Shown: positions 47,882 to 59,600 of the stretch, in pieces
Layout: each line of letters starts with the position of its first letter
Numbering within the stretch: position 1 is the stretch's first letter
DNA from: a phage
Sequence record: PQ478073.1
Length of the DNA: 64,000 nucleotides
Direction: 5' to 3' (one strand)
Notes under the pieces: model-generated
The model's database searches: none
What the model was told of the DNA's origin: nothing
The model's input: only the letters and a program-made list of their open reading frames with translations
Made by a program: the position numbers and the translations under genes

Positions 47882-48346
47882 TTAATATCTATATGGTAAA
47901 CTGTTGACAAACTGTGTACCTTCACGTATACTTTCCCATAGTGAGTAAAAATCTTTCATTAAGTTTGTGTTAAGTAAAGTATTTTTAGCACCAGGGTGTA
48001 ATGGTTTAGGCCAAGAACCAATTCTAACCCAAGCATAACCAGAGCTTTCATGATTTAAAGTTGGTACAAATTCATTCTCAACTACAATAACAAATGAATA
48101 ATATTTAAATTTACCATTTTTTGTACAAAATACATCAAACGGTATAATATCAATAATGTTAGGTATTGAGTTGCCCAACTCTTCTTTAATTTCTCTCATC
48201 AGACCTTGTAGTGGTGTTTCGTTATGTTCAAGCTTTCCACCAACAAATGCCCAGTTGTTAGAATAGGTACTTCTTTCAGAACGCAAGTTTAACATCATAT
48301 GTCCAGTACTTTTTGATAAAAATATAGCACCAACCGCTTCATTCAT
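47882..48346 (-). CDS. NUDIX hydrolase (154 aa)
   Basis: AAGGAGG SD; Nudix box GGKLEHNETPLQGLMREIKEELG. Confidence 0.8.
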   Translation of the reverse strand: MNEAVGAIFLSKSTGHMMLNLRSERSTYSNNWAFVGGKLEHNETPLQGLMREIKEELGNSIPNIIDIIPFDVFCTKNGKFKYYSFVIVVENEFVPTLNHESSGYAWVRIGSWPKPLHPGAKNTLLNTNLMKDFYSLWESIREGTQFVNSLPYRY

Positions 48347-48359
48347 AACAACACCTCCT

Positions 48360-49703
48360 TTATTTGTCAGTGAAAGTTATTTTCCAATATCCCTGACGAT
48401 ACACAGGCATGATACTTTTATGCCATTTAAATTTGTCATTATATCTATAATAACCATTGTCTTCTTTATTATAAATGTAATTTCGTACAGTAGATGGTTC
48501 AATTAATTGTGCACCGTCATTTGTAATTTTAAACAAATAATTTGATGGGATTTCGGTTTCTTTATAAATGATGTTATGTATACTGTTATTTACATAATAT
48601 TGTTCAGGTAATGCACTTGAAAGTACTGAATCTTTCTGCACAAACCCATGTATAGTGTAATCAACAGTATAATTGGTATTATCAAGCTGTACTATAATTT
48701 TGTTGGCATCTTCATTTTCACCATACGACGCTATATGACCTTTTAGTGGGTTGTCTTCTTCAATAGATTGTTGAAATTTAATCCCTACTTTTTTGTCATC
48801 AAAATTTGGTTCTAGATATTTAAGATATTTTTCCCATGAATATATTCCACCGTTGGGAGAAACCGCAGATAGCGATTGGCTAACCAAGGTAAGTTGGTAT
48901 GTATCAGGTAAATTATACTTGGAATTAGTAATTTCTTCAACTTTAATGCATAAATTCTTGGGTGTAAAAACATCTGTTATTATATCTGAATAATTTCCCA
49001 TTTCAAAATCAAATTCGTCACGAGCACCTTTAATATTTGTAGTAATCTGTTGGATTAATTTTGGTTTTTCAACAATAGCTGGTAAAGAAAACCATATTGT
49101 CGTTTCAAATGTTAAAACCATTATATCCAAATCTGGGTCAGTTCCTTGTGGAAAACCACGAGTAGAAAACTGACAATCTATTAGTTCAACATCACTAAGC
49201 GATGTCCAATCTAACGGGTTATCAGATAATTGAAGTTGTATACTAGGTGCAAACAAAGTTGAGATTTGTTCGAATAATTCCATTTTAGTTTGAGTTTGAG
49301 TTACCCAAATATTCAAATCAAACGTAAAAGTCCAAGGTACTGGGTTATGTCTTACAATTTTGTATTGTGTGTCAAGATCTTTTGTGTACTCATTAATAGC
49401 AGGGGACTTGTTAGACCCCATTACTATAGTTTCGTTGGCATTAGAACGAATATTTTTACGATCCAACTTTAGTTGATTAACACTTATGGTCATTATAGGT
49501 GCTGATGGGAGAACATTTTCACTATTCCCATTTATAATTGCTGCTGCCATTCTTGAAATATCGGCATAGCGACATGGAACCTTTTTGTATTTTGGGTTTC
49601 CATTAGCATCAATACCATTTTGTACTTGAAATTCACCAAAAACTCTGATAAGATGTTTCAGTACTCTGCGAAATTGACCGTCATAATAATAATCTATTTT
49701 CAT
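48360..49703 (-). CDS. hypothetical protein (447 aa)
   Basis: ORF track; AAGGA SD; start overlaps upstream stop. Confidence 0.55.
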   Translation of the reverse strand: MKIDYYYDGQFRRVLKHLIRVFGEFQVQNGIDANGNPKYKKVPCRYADISRMAAAIINGNSENVLPSAPIMTISVNQLKLDRKNIRSNANETIVMGSNKSPAINEYTKDLDTQYKIVRHNPVPWTFTFDLNIWVTQTQTKMELFEQISTLFAPSIQLQLSDNPLDWTSLSDVELIDCQFSTRGFPQGTDPDLDIMVLTFETTIWFSLPAIVEKPKLIQQITTNIKGARDEFDFEMGNYSDIITDVFTPKNLCIKVEEITNSKYNLPDTYQLTLVSQSLSAVSPNGGIYSWEKYLKYLEPNFDDKKVGIKFQQSIEEDNPLKGHIASYGENEDANKIIVQLDNTNYTVDYTIHGFVQKDSVLSSALPEQYYVNNSIHNIIYKETEIPSNYLFKITNDGAQLIEPSTVRNYIYNKEDNGYYRYNDKFKWHKSIMPVYRQGYWKITFTDK

Positions 49704-51205
49704 TCTGTGTCCTTATGTATGCGATAAACAGTATTAGGTTTAACTGCGTCATGTAATGGAACTTTGTTATCACTATTTACAAACTGTGTAAGTGCTAAGT
49801 CTGCACCTTCCCACGGTTTTCTTCCACCATAATCAAAAATAACCCATGAATTCTTAGTTGCATTGAATTCCCATAACGTAACTGGAGTATAATCGGTGCG
49901 ATAGAAATAGTCACCATCTACTGCATCAGTTGGGAACATATTTCCTTCAGGGACTGTACCTCGTGCTGGTGGAATTTTAGGACGATAATCTTGTTGCGAA
50001 TCAATATTACCATATACACAATTGGACGTGAATGGTTCATTGACATAAGTTACCTTTGGTTCCCCCCACTTGTCATCATTATACTGATAAATGTGTGGTT
50101 CTTTATAAAAAATACAAAAATCTTCCACATCTTCTGGTGGAACATCACTGGTAGTATATTCTACATCACAATTTAACCATTTTTTAGCACTTTTATCATA
50201 TTGATACAACGTATAACCTGTCACATCTGCGTCATTTTCTTTAAAGAAGAAGTCACCATCCATTGGTTTTCTGGGAAAGATGGTTCCACGCTTGACTTCC
50301 ACAAAAATCCATGTATCATTAACAAACTCTTTGAGTACTGGGTATGTTTTTTTCAAAAAATACATTCCATCGGCAGGTTCTTCTGGAAAATCATAACCGT
50401 TAAGCATATATTTTGATAAATCTACTGTATCAGGTCGATCATCATACAAATGTTCATTTGTATAATGAATATAGGGTACTTCATCATCAGCTTGCATGAT
50501 GATACGGTTCATGATATCCATTTCATTGCCATAGTTACTGTTTTCCGACGAACCATCATCGGTATTTCCATTACCATTATTAGGGTCATCTGGATTATCA
50601 GGATAATTATTGTTACCGAGTAAATCGGAGTACTCAGGTGAGTCGGTTAGCGGTTTAACTCTAAGTTTATAAATGTGATGTTGCCACGTAACCGAGTATC
50701 CCTCAGATGTACGAAATGCATCTTGGACGACATAGAAGCGGTTTAGACCTGTATCTTTACCCAATACATCAAAATCACGTAAATTTGGTAGTTCTATCAC
50801 ATCCCCTGGCATGATTTTTCTACCTAAACGCTGCATCATTGTATTATAATGGATTGTGATGTCCATAGTGTTGAAATTAAAGAACAATCCTGGGATTTTC
50901 AAGTCTGGAGTTGCTTCTTGAACTTGATAGACACAACTAAGTGTGATAGCTTCAAGGTTGTAGTTTCTGTTTGGTGTGTCACCAAAAATTAAATCGCCAA
51001 TACTTGACACAACTGATCCTGAAGATGTATAATCACCTCCATAGGATAAGTCAGTGTTGTCAGCAACTTGTTTTGGACCGACATATGCATAAAGCCACAT
51101 GTCAACTCCACCAATGTTGTATTGTTCAGCAATGGCAGAATCAATGAACTTGTAATCATTGGTTCTACCTTTTTTCCACATTCTATATGTCATGATTGTC
51201 TCCAA
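49700..51205 (-). CDS. hypothetical protein (501 aa) with three copies of a DG[DM][FY]F...W motif
   Basis: ORF track; GGAGA SD; repeats PMDGDFFFKEND..., PADGMYFLKKTYP..., AVDGDYFYRTDYT... Confidence 0.55.
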   Translation of the reverse strand: METIMTYRMWKKGRTNDYKFIDSAIAEQYNIGGVDMWLYAYVGPKQVADNTDLSYGGDYTSSGSVVSSIGDLIFGDTPNRNYNLEAITLSCVYQVQEATPDLKIPGLFFNFNTMDITIHYNTMMQRLGRKIMPGDVIELPNLRDFDVLGKDTGLNRFYVVQDAFRTSEGYSVTWQHHIYKLRVKPLTDSPEYSDLLGNNNYPDNPDDPNNGNGNTDDGSSENSNYGNEMDIMNRIIMQADDEVPYIHYTNEHLYDDRPDTVDLSKYMLNGYDFPEEPADGMYFLKKTYPVLKEFVNDTWIFVEVKRGTIFPRKPMDGDFFFKENDADVTGYTLYQYDKSAKKWLNCDVEYTTSDVPPEDVEDFCIFYKEPHIYQYNDDKWGEPKVTYVNEPFTSNCVYGNIDSQQDYRPKIPPARGTVPEGNMFPTDAVDGDYFYRTDYTPVTLWEFNATKNSWVIFDYGGRKPWEGADLALTQFVNSDNKVPLHDAVKPNTVYRIHKDTE

Positions 51206-51232
51206 AATAAATCGGGTATATCTTTATTTACC

Positions 51233-51262
51233 TTGTAGACAAACCGTAAGAATGTGATATAA
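51233..51262 (+). promoter_or_regulatory. promoter-like site (class B -10, weaker -35)
   Basis: gaatgTGATATAATg with TATAAT at 51257-51262; TTGTAG/TAGACA -35-like 15-18 nt upstream. Confidence 0.45.
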
Positions 51263-51303
51263 TGTTTATTAATTAGAGTGACGTGAATCACATAGGAGAA
51301 TAC

Positions 51304-53592
51304 ATGAATCTTACTCAATTGTTCAAAAAAAGCGACGAACTGGCAACATCTCTAGGTCATACATTCTTGACTATTGACCACGTAAGTGCCACAGTACTGA
51401 CTATTGATAGCATCAAGAACGTATTTGAAGATATGAACATTGATGCAGACAAACTGCACAACCGCCTGATGAACTATCTTAAAAATACAACAGTTCCACA
51501 TGCACCAAAAAGTGTTAAAGATGAAGACGCGAATCGCACTTCACTTCTAGTGAATCGCGTTGTACATGAGCTTTCTAAAAAATCAGTTATTGAACAACTA
51601 AAAAGTGATGATTTTTCGATTGATGCATATTTTGTTCTATTCGAATGTCTGTCTTTCCCTAACACAGCACTAGAAGCTGCGTTGAAAGAAGAAGGTGTTA
51701 GCTGTACTGAAGCTGCACGTGCATTGCAAAAACACGTTGAGTCACTTGATAAGGGTATCAACTTACAAAGTATTAATGACGAACCGATTGGAGATAAAAA
51801 AGTGGCCCAACAGCAGCAATCATCTAAACAAAAAGGTTTGGAAGACTATACAACGAATCTAACAGCTCTTGCAAAAGAAGGCAAACTAGATCCTATGATT
51901 GGTCGCCAGAAAGAATTGTCTGCATTGATTGAGACTCTTGCTCGCAAAACCAAAAAGAATGCTATTCTTACTGGTGAAGCTGGTGTAGGTAAAACACAAA
52001 TCATCGACGGTCTTGCACAAGCTATTGCTGACGGCAACGTACCTGAACACCTGAAAGACGTTGAAATTCTTTCACTAAATGTTGGTGCATTGACTGCTGG
52101 TACTAAGTATCGTGGTGAGTTTGAAGAACGCATCGACAATTTGCTAAAAGAACTAAAGAAACGTGAAAATACTATTGTTTTCATTGATGAAATTCATATT
52201 ATGGTTGGGGCTGGTTCCGCAAGTAATGGTTCTATGGACATGAGCAATATGCTTAAGCCAGCACTTTCACGTGGTGAGATTCGTGTAATTGGTGCAACAA
52301 CATATGATGAATATCGTAAAAATATCGAGAAAGATAGTGCATTAACTCGTCGTTTTATGAAAATTGATGTAGTTGAGCCGTCAATTGATGAAACTCGTGC
52401 AATTGTTAATGGTTTGAAACCAACTTATGAAAAATTCCATAATGTTGAGTTCACAACTGATGCAATGGATGCTGTAATTTCTCTCAGTGATAAATTCCTG
52501 AAGAATAAGCACTTCCCAGATAAAGCAATTGATCTAATGGACGCTGCTGCTGCAAAAGTTCGTTCACGTGACAACAATAGTAAGCTTATTACTGCCAATT
52601 TGATTCAAGAAGTTGTTGCTGGTATTGCCAATTTGGATATCAACGTGGTTGCATGTACTGAAAGTGATCGTATGCGTAATCTACCAGATGCACTACGCTC
52701 ACGTGTATACGGTCAAGAGGAAGCTATTCAAAAATTAGTTGATAACGTGATGGTAGCTCGTGCAGGTCTGCGTGACAAATCTAGTGTTCAGGGTGCATTT
52801 ATGTTTGTTGGACCATCTGGTACTGGTAAAACAGAAATTACCAAAGCATTAGCAGATGCAACTGGTGCGGAACTGATTCGCTTTGATATGTCAGAATTTT
52901 CTCAAGAACATACTGTTTCTAAACTAATTGGTTCACCTCCAGGTTATGTTGGTCATGATTCTGGTAACGGTTTACTGTTGGATAAAATTGAGCAGTTCCC
53001 TAATGCAGTACTGTTACTTGATGAAATTGAAAAAGCAGATCGTAAAGTACTACTAACCTTCCTACAGGTTTTGGATGAAGGTCGCCTGACTGGTTCACAA
53101 GGTAAAACTGTATATTTTAATAACGTAACTGTTATTATGACTACAAACCTTGGTGCGGCAGATTCAACGAAGCGTAGCATTGGTATGAGCGGTAGTGATA
53201 CTGCACAAGACAAGGCTATTAAAGCATTCTTGCCACCAGAGTTCATTAACCGTATTGATAGTATCGTTACGTTTAAAGACCTAAGCAGTGAAGCTATTGA
53301 CAGCATCATTGATAAGTTCATGGGCAGTTTGAATGAACAAGTCAAAGACCGCAATGTTAAAGTTACGTTGACAAAAGCTGCACGTGAATGGCTTGCGAAA
53401 AATGGGGTAAAAGTTGGCATGGGTGCACGTCCAATGAAACGTACCATTGAACAAAACATTCGTGTACCACTAGCTAAAGAAATGTTGTGTGGTTCACTTG
53501 TGAATGGTGGTAACATTACATTTGATGTTATTGATGGTAAAATCGGTATTAAACCTAAACGTTCCAAAGCTGTAGATAAAGCACTGGCATAA
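51304..53592 (+). CDS. ClpA-like double-AAA+ chaperone/unfoldase
   Basis: Start at ATG 51304 after AGGAG (ORF track GTG 51283); Walker [11 protein letters not shown] and [10 protein letters not shown], Walker B FIDEIH and [22 protein letters not shown] tripeptide (KRSIGMSG) at the ClpA IGL-loop position; no long ClpB-type middle domain. Confidence 0.85.
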   Translation: MNLTQLFKKSDELATSLGHTFLTIDHVSATVLTIDSIKNVFEDMNIDADKLHNRLMNYLKNTTVPHAPKSVKDEDANRTSLLVNRVVHELSKKSVIEQLKSDDFSIDAYFVLFECLSFPNTALEAALKEEGVSCTEAARALQKHVESLDKGINLQSINDEPIGDKKVAQQQQSSKQKGLEDYTTNLTALAKEGKLDPMIGRQKELSALIETLARKTKKNAILTGEAGVGKTQIIDGLAQAIADGNVPEHLKDVEILSLNVGALTAGTKYRGEFEERIDNLLKELKKRENTIVFIDEIHIMVGAGSASNGSMDMSNMLKPALSRGEIRVIGATTYDEYRKNIEKDSALTRRFMKIDVVEPSIDETRAIVNGLKPTYEKFHNVEFTTDAMDAVISLSDKFLKNKHFPDKAIDLMDAAAAKVRSRDNNSKLITANLIQEVVAGIANLDINVVACTESDRMRNLPDALRSRVYGQEEAIQKLVDNVMVARAGLRDKSSVQGAFMFVGPSGTGKTEITKALADATGAELIRFDMSEFSQEHTVSKLIGSPPGYVGHDSGNGLLLDKIEQFPNAVLLLDEIEKADRKVLLTFLQVLDEGRLTGSQGKTVYFNNVTVIMTTNLGAADSTKRSIGMSGSDTAQDKAIKAFLPPEFINRIDSIVTFKDLSSEAIDSIIDKFMGSLNEQVKDRNVKVTLTKAAREWLAKNGVKVGMGARPMKRTIEQNIRVPLAKEMLCGSLVNGGNITFDVIDGKIGIKPKRSKAVDKALA

Positions 53593-53628
53593 AAAAAGAA
53601 AAGGAGAGCAACATGCTCTCCTTTTTTA
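53593..53628. terminator. bidirectional rho-independent terminator
   Basis: A-run, ggagagca / aca / tgctctcc hairpin, T-run, between convergent clpA-like and giant gene. Confidence 0.75.
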
Positions 53629-56600
53629 TTATTTAACTAATAATATATTTTTAATATCATTACCACTAACTTGTAGACTATCAGTGTATACTGAAAGATC
53701 TATAGTGTAACTATTTTGTGTGTAACGTTTTAACATATCATAATTACCTAAATTAATTCCATTGAATGAATATGTAGTATTAAGTTTAAAATCATGTTCT
53801 GCACTATACATTACTCCACGGAGTAAATTATTTGCATTTCTAACTTCAACTTTTTCATATCCAATCGATATAATATCATTTATGTTCGCGGCAGAACCGG
53901 ATAAAACATTATTTCTAATACTATAAGGACTTATTGATTTAGGTTGAGAAACATAGGTTGTATTTTCTTCACTAATGGTTGTGATGTTAGTAACCGTACC
54001 ACCAACAACACCGATGTACATACCGTCAACCATTGGATAACCATAAACCCATATACCTTCATTATTTCTAAACGGTTGAATAACACTTGAATCATATTCA
54101 ATAACGTTGATTTCTAAACTATCAGTCATTTTAGTTCTTGCTAATTCACTAAGAACTCCCGCACCAGTAATTGGTAGGTTATAACCGTTGTCGATAGTAA
54201 TTCCATCAACATCAAATATTTCGTTAGAGATTATCCAAACGTCAACGTCATCTGGTGTTATTCCGTCATTGTACTTACCACCATTTAAAGTAGTATCGTA
54301 GAAAACATCATAATTAATTACATCAATTGTGTAATTTCTATTTTGTTCGTACAATTTGATACCATTCTTCACAAATTCTGGGTCAGCAAATGTTCTAACA
54401 CGAACAATGTTCAATGCAAGAGGCTGTACTGGCTCATTTTGTTGTGCAAGAGTGATATTATCATAACGGAGAACTGCACCAGTACTCTCATCAATCAATT
54501 CAATCGTTTCTTTACCTGTATTTCTTACAGTGAATAGGATCGGAGTTGTATTGTTTTTGATGTTAGATACACGCAAGATTGTTTCCCATGTGTGATTTTG
54601 ATATCTCACAAAATCTTCACCATCAGGAGTGAAAATCATCACCTTATCACCATCAGATAGGTCATTGTCAACTATTTCTGCTTCAGTTAAGCTATTAATA
54701 GATCTCACACGATAGAAATATTTTTCATCAAACTTCGATGTTGTTTTATTAATATCATTTTCAATCTTAGCATATGAAGGAATACTAACAATTGCTTCTG
54801 TATGTTTATATGGATTGATAATTGCCATACCTTCAGTTTGATATCTGCTGTTATCACGTAATTGTACAAGAGATACATTGTCAAACCCATATCCATCAAC
54901 TGTAAATCTAATTTGACCAACATCACGCCCAGAAGGGTTTATGTCAGATATATCCACAATATAAGGATCAACTTCATCATCTTTAACTTCCCATTTTATT
55001 GAAGAAGTTTGAGATTCTAATGCTAGGTTATCAAATGCATTCATATCATTGAAGTACTTAGCTTCAGTAATACTATCAAGTATATATTGATAATCTGAAT
55101 ACATTGGGTTATTTTGATCTAGTGGTAAATCATCTAGATTTATTTCAGCTAGTTCAATCATTTCACCATTTGTGATAAAATAATCTTCCATGAAATCATC
55201 AATACTTTGTTCATCAGGTATACTTTGATATACACCGTTAACATTTAAGTAAACATATTTTCGTGGAATCATTGTAATTGCATAGATATCAATTGGGGTT
55301 TTACTAAGAATCTCTTCAGCTTTTTCGTACTTATCAGTAGCGTCTTTGTCGAATAACCCTCTCATACCTGCTAATACGTGAATAGCATCAGTATAGAAAC
55401 GGGTATCACCACCGACTTCATCATAACGATAAACATATACACCATACTCAACTTCAAGTTTAACTTTTACTTCATAGTCTGATGCGTCAGGATTTTTATC
55501 TTTAATTAATGAAATATATTTTTGATACAGTTCACTGCTTATTTCAAAATATCCATAGTTATAATCATTACTAGAAGAAAAGCCTAATGGAAGTCTAGTA
55601 CTAGGATTGTCATTATAAGTAAGTCCACTAAATCCACAACCAACTTCATCGTGAATTTTCTCATCACTTATATCTTTATAAAGTTTCAAACGGTTTGCCA
55701 ATGTGTTATACTGAACATATTGTCTAAGGTCAGTAAACATATCGTTCTGCGTTGATTCTTTATAAACACGCTCCAATGTAGCAGTAAATTCATCAGTTGC
55801 TTCTAAATCTTCCGCATGGTCTTTATACCACTGGTTAACACCATATGCTGTTCCTAATGTTACATCCAATTCTGGATAGTAGATTTGCATTTGATAAGCA
55901 ATAAGAAGATCGAAAGTTTCTTCACTATATTCTGGGAAAGAATATATATAACGTTGTAATTCATAGTTACTAACAGCATCCTTTTCATTGGATTGATATT
56001 TGTTATTAACACTTACTAATTCATTTATGCTTGCTAAATCTGCATTTGGTTTACATTGAATGTTATCGTAATGCATAATAATATCAATTTCTTGGAATCT
56101 TCTATTTGGTGTAATGAAATCACTTGGTAGTGAACCTACCTGTTCCCATTTTTGGGTAATTTCATTAAATTGAGCGTACTCATAATCCCAAATATCTTTT
56201 TCAGTTTTGACCCAAGAACCGTCAACGAAAATATATCCATTAGGATCTAAATCATTACACAGACCTTTTATTAAATCATCATCAGATGTCTTTTGCTCTA
56301 TTTGTGAACGAATTTTAGTTCTATAAGGTTTAACTTCTTCAAAATATTCAACAATTTGATTAATCAAATTATCGTTTGAATAGTTTTGAACTAATGATTG
56401 TTCCAAACCAACAATATAGATATATGATGTTTTAAATACCCAATCCACAACACTTTGTTCAACATGTACATATTTGACCATATCAAAAACAATTTCGCTT
56501 TGATGTAAATCGAAAGAATTTTTGAGTAAAGCTAGTGCTTTACGAACGTTGATTTCACGATTGCTTAGTGAACCATTATCATTATGAACACTATAATCTG

Positions 56601-59600
56601 CGTAAAGCATATCATTGAGTTCAACTGTACTGTTTTCACGACCAATCGCTTTCCAATAAATTGAATCGCGTGATTGTGATTTAATATACAATGTCCAAAT
56701 GTTTTCACTATCGGTAACTCTGATAATATCTCCAACTTGGTAGTTTTTAGTATTAGCATCTTCTAAGCTTGACTCTTGTGTATAAGTCGTGTTACTATCA
56801 TACCCAACATCATACCAATCAGCATATGACCAGTACTGAGTCATGTCCAATGAAGTTCCTAGTGATTCAACATAATCAGATTGTTTAATCATTTTATGTT
56901 GTCCCTCACCTTTGTTCTCTAACGTTATAGTAACAACACTACCCGCGTTTGCTGGACTATTCATTAACTGAATATATCCATTTTCGTCGAAGTGAATAAA
57001 ATAAACAGCACTAGAAGTTAATGGATTTGGTAGATATCCACTAGTACTTAAAATAACAGCGTCATTTTCTTTAAATTTATCACTTTCAACTGCAATAACT
57101 AATTCATTATTGTAAGACAATACACGGAAAGAAACTTCATTCGGGTTAACTTCAGTGGTTTTAACATTAAACACATCTTCCATAACAACACTATTAGTGG
57201 TTATGTTTTGTGACCTATAATAATTATTAGCACTTTCTACAAAGTTTCTACGAGCTTCTATAACATTTTGGAACCAAGTTTTGTTTGAACCTAAACCGTT
57301 ATCAACATCTGGATATAATAAATTAATCACAGAACCTGATTCAGTTGTTTCTTGACCAATTAGTGAGTTCCACATTGAATCCCAAATTAGTGGGTTAAAG
57401 TTATAGCTGTCACCTTCTTTACATAGTTGATACTGGTCATGTTTAACAACTTCAGTACTATCCATGTAATAAGAAACAGTTAAAATACTGGTATCATCAT
57501 TCACTTTAAATTGCATATTACTAAGAATAAACGAGTTTTCATTGATTGGAGCGAACCAAGGAATGTTTAGCTGTGTTGGATCTTTAATAATACGAGCAAT
57601 GTCAGTACATGATTTTGTTCTGGTATGTAGTGGTGGTACATAAATTGTATCACGTACCCAGAAATAGTATTTTGTCACATAACTATCAGTTGAACTATCA
57701 TATTCCAAAAATGTACTATAATTATCTTCAAGTGCAGTTCCACTTGGTAGATACATAGTATTATTTTTGTTTTTCTTAGCAACATCTTTACAGTATTTGT
57801 CCCAGTTATATGGCTCAACTGGTGAACAAACCCACTCTAACACATCAATTGTACTATGTGGTAATAAACGACCCCAGTTGTAACGTTTGTATTCATTGGT
57901 TGCATCAATGTCAACATTACCGTCTGCGTCATAAATTGCACGAGTATAATCCAAATAAAATGCAGTGCTAGTGTTCCACCATACTTGACCAACTTTATCA
58001 GCACCCCAAGCCTGGATTAACTCTCCATTACTATTATACTGTGCAGGATCAACTGGTGAAGTATATGTTACGTTTTGCATAGCCGCACCTGGAATAACAC
58101 CATTAATTGGGTCATAAACGTTTAGATATAGCTCAGTAATGTTAGTACGTTCATCATATGTCGTTGGACGATCAAATAAAGTACTTTGTGGTGCTTTAAA
58201 ACTATATTTCTTGTCAATGTAAGCTTGACGTTCATCAGTACTGGCAAAACGTGATACATAACGATACAAACGTGGACGTGTATCTGGATCAGTAAATTCA
58301 ATATCAATAGAAGTGTCAAATGGAACTACCATAACTTTAGGATCAGAACCAGCAGTATAATATTGACTTTCTACTGTTAAAGTATCTGGCATAAAGTTAG
58401 TTTCATCAACAAAATAATAATAATCACCATCTTCAAGTGGTACATTATCAGTTAAAGTTACTTTACAAAATTGTTCAGCATACACATCGGTATTTTCAAT
58501 AGGTGTTATAGAAACCATTTGAACATTAGTATCAACCAATTCAAAAATGTTCCACAAACCATTACCGTCTTTAAACATCCACACAGATTCAGGATTTTCA
58601 CCTTTACCATTAGTATAAGTTATGCGGTCATTATATGCAGTACTGAAATCTTTTGTTGTGTACGATACTTCATCCAATGTTACTGGACCAATATCTGGAA
58701 GTTGGATATTTTCACTTCTTCCACTACGCATTGGGAATGAGAACTTACCATTTGGACGTGTAATCCAACGAGGATCTTTACCCTGCTCACCGAAGTATAC
58801 AATATGATTACCATTACCATTTGAAGTTGCATTTACATCAAAAGAAACCATTTGAGGTTGTTGTTTAAATTGGTCATTGATTAGTTTAAATTGAAGGTTT
58901 TTCTTACCATCAATATTACCATATGTACCAATTTTAAATGCCCATTCTTGTAATGCTTTATATTCATCAGTGTCATATGATTTAGAAACACGAAGGACAC
59001 GTTCTAAAACTTGGTTAGTACCTTTATCGTGAATGAATCCTTTATAGAAATCAACACGACTAACATCACTACTAATCATACGCTGTAGATAATCACGAGA
59101 TTGATAACCAATCAAATGGTTTGACAACTCTTGTAATTGTACATCACTTACTGGAGTTTCACTATCATAATAATGTTGGAAATCCGACACTAATTTTTCA
59201 AATGATGGTAGTGTTCCAGCTTCCAAGATAATAAATCCAGGAGCTTGTAGGCGACCAGTCCATGAACCAGTAATATATCCATACATTTTAATTAGTTCTT
59301 GAATAGAACCATATGTTGGCTGATAAATGTAATCACCAAAAATAGTTTTATCATCAAAAATAACAGCATGTTCATATGAACACAAACTTAAACGAATCAA
59401 TGCAATGCGTTTATTAGATTCTAAAGTTCTAACAGTGAAGATATTTCCAATACGAGAAGTTTCAATTTCATATTGGCGAATACCTTGGTTATTATCATCA
59501 AGTAATGACCATACACCACCATTATTTTGCGTAATAGATTGTACTGAACCAAAGTCTGCCCCAAATTTAGCGTTTGCAGCACTTGGGGTACAAGAAATAA

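Noticed and set aside
51474-53567. Antisense ORFs inside the clpA-like gene (51474..51761, 51846..52184, 52953..53567)
   Set aside because: Embedded opposite to a well-supported conserved gene; Ser/Arg-rich antisense translation typical of artefacts
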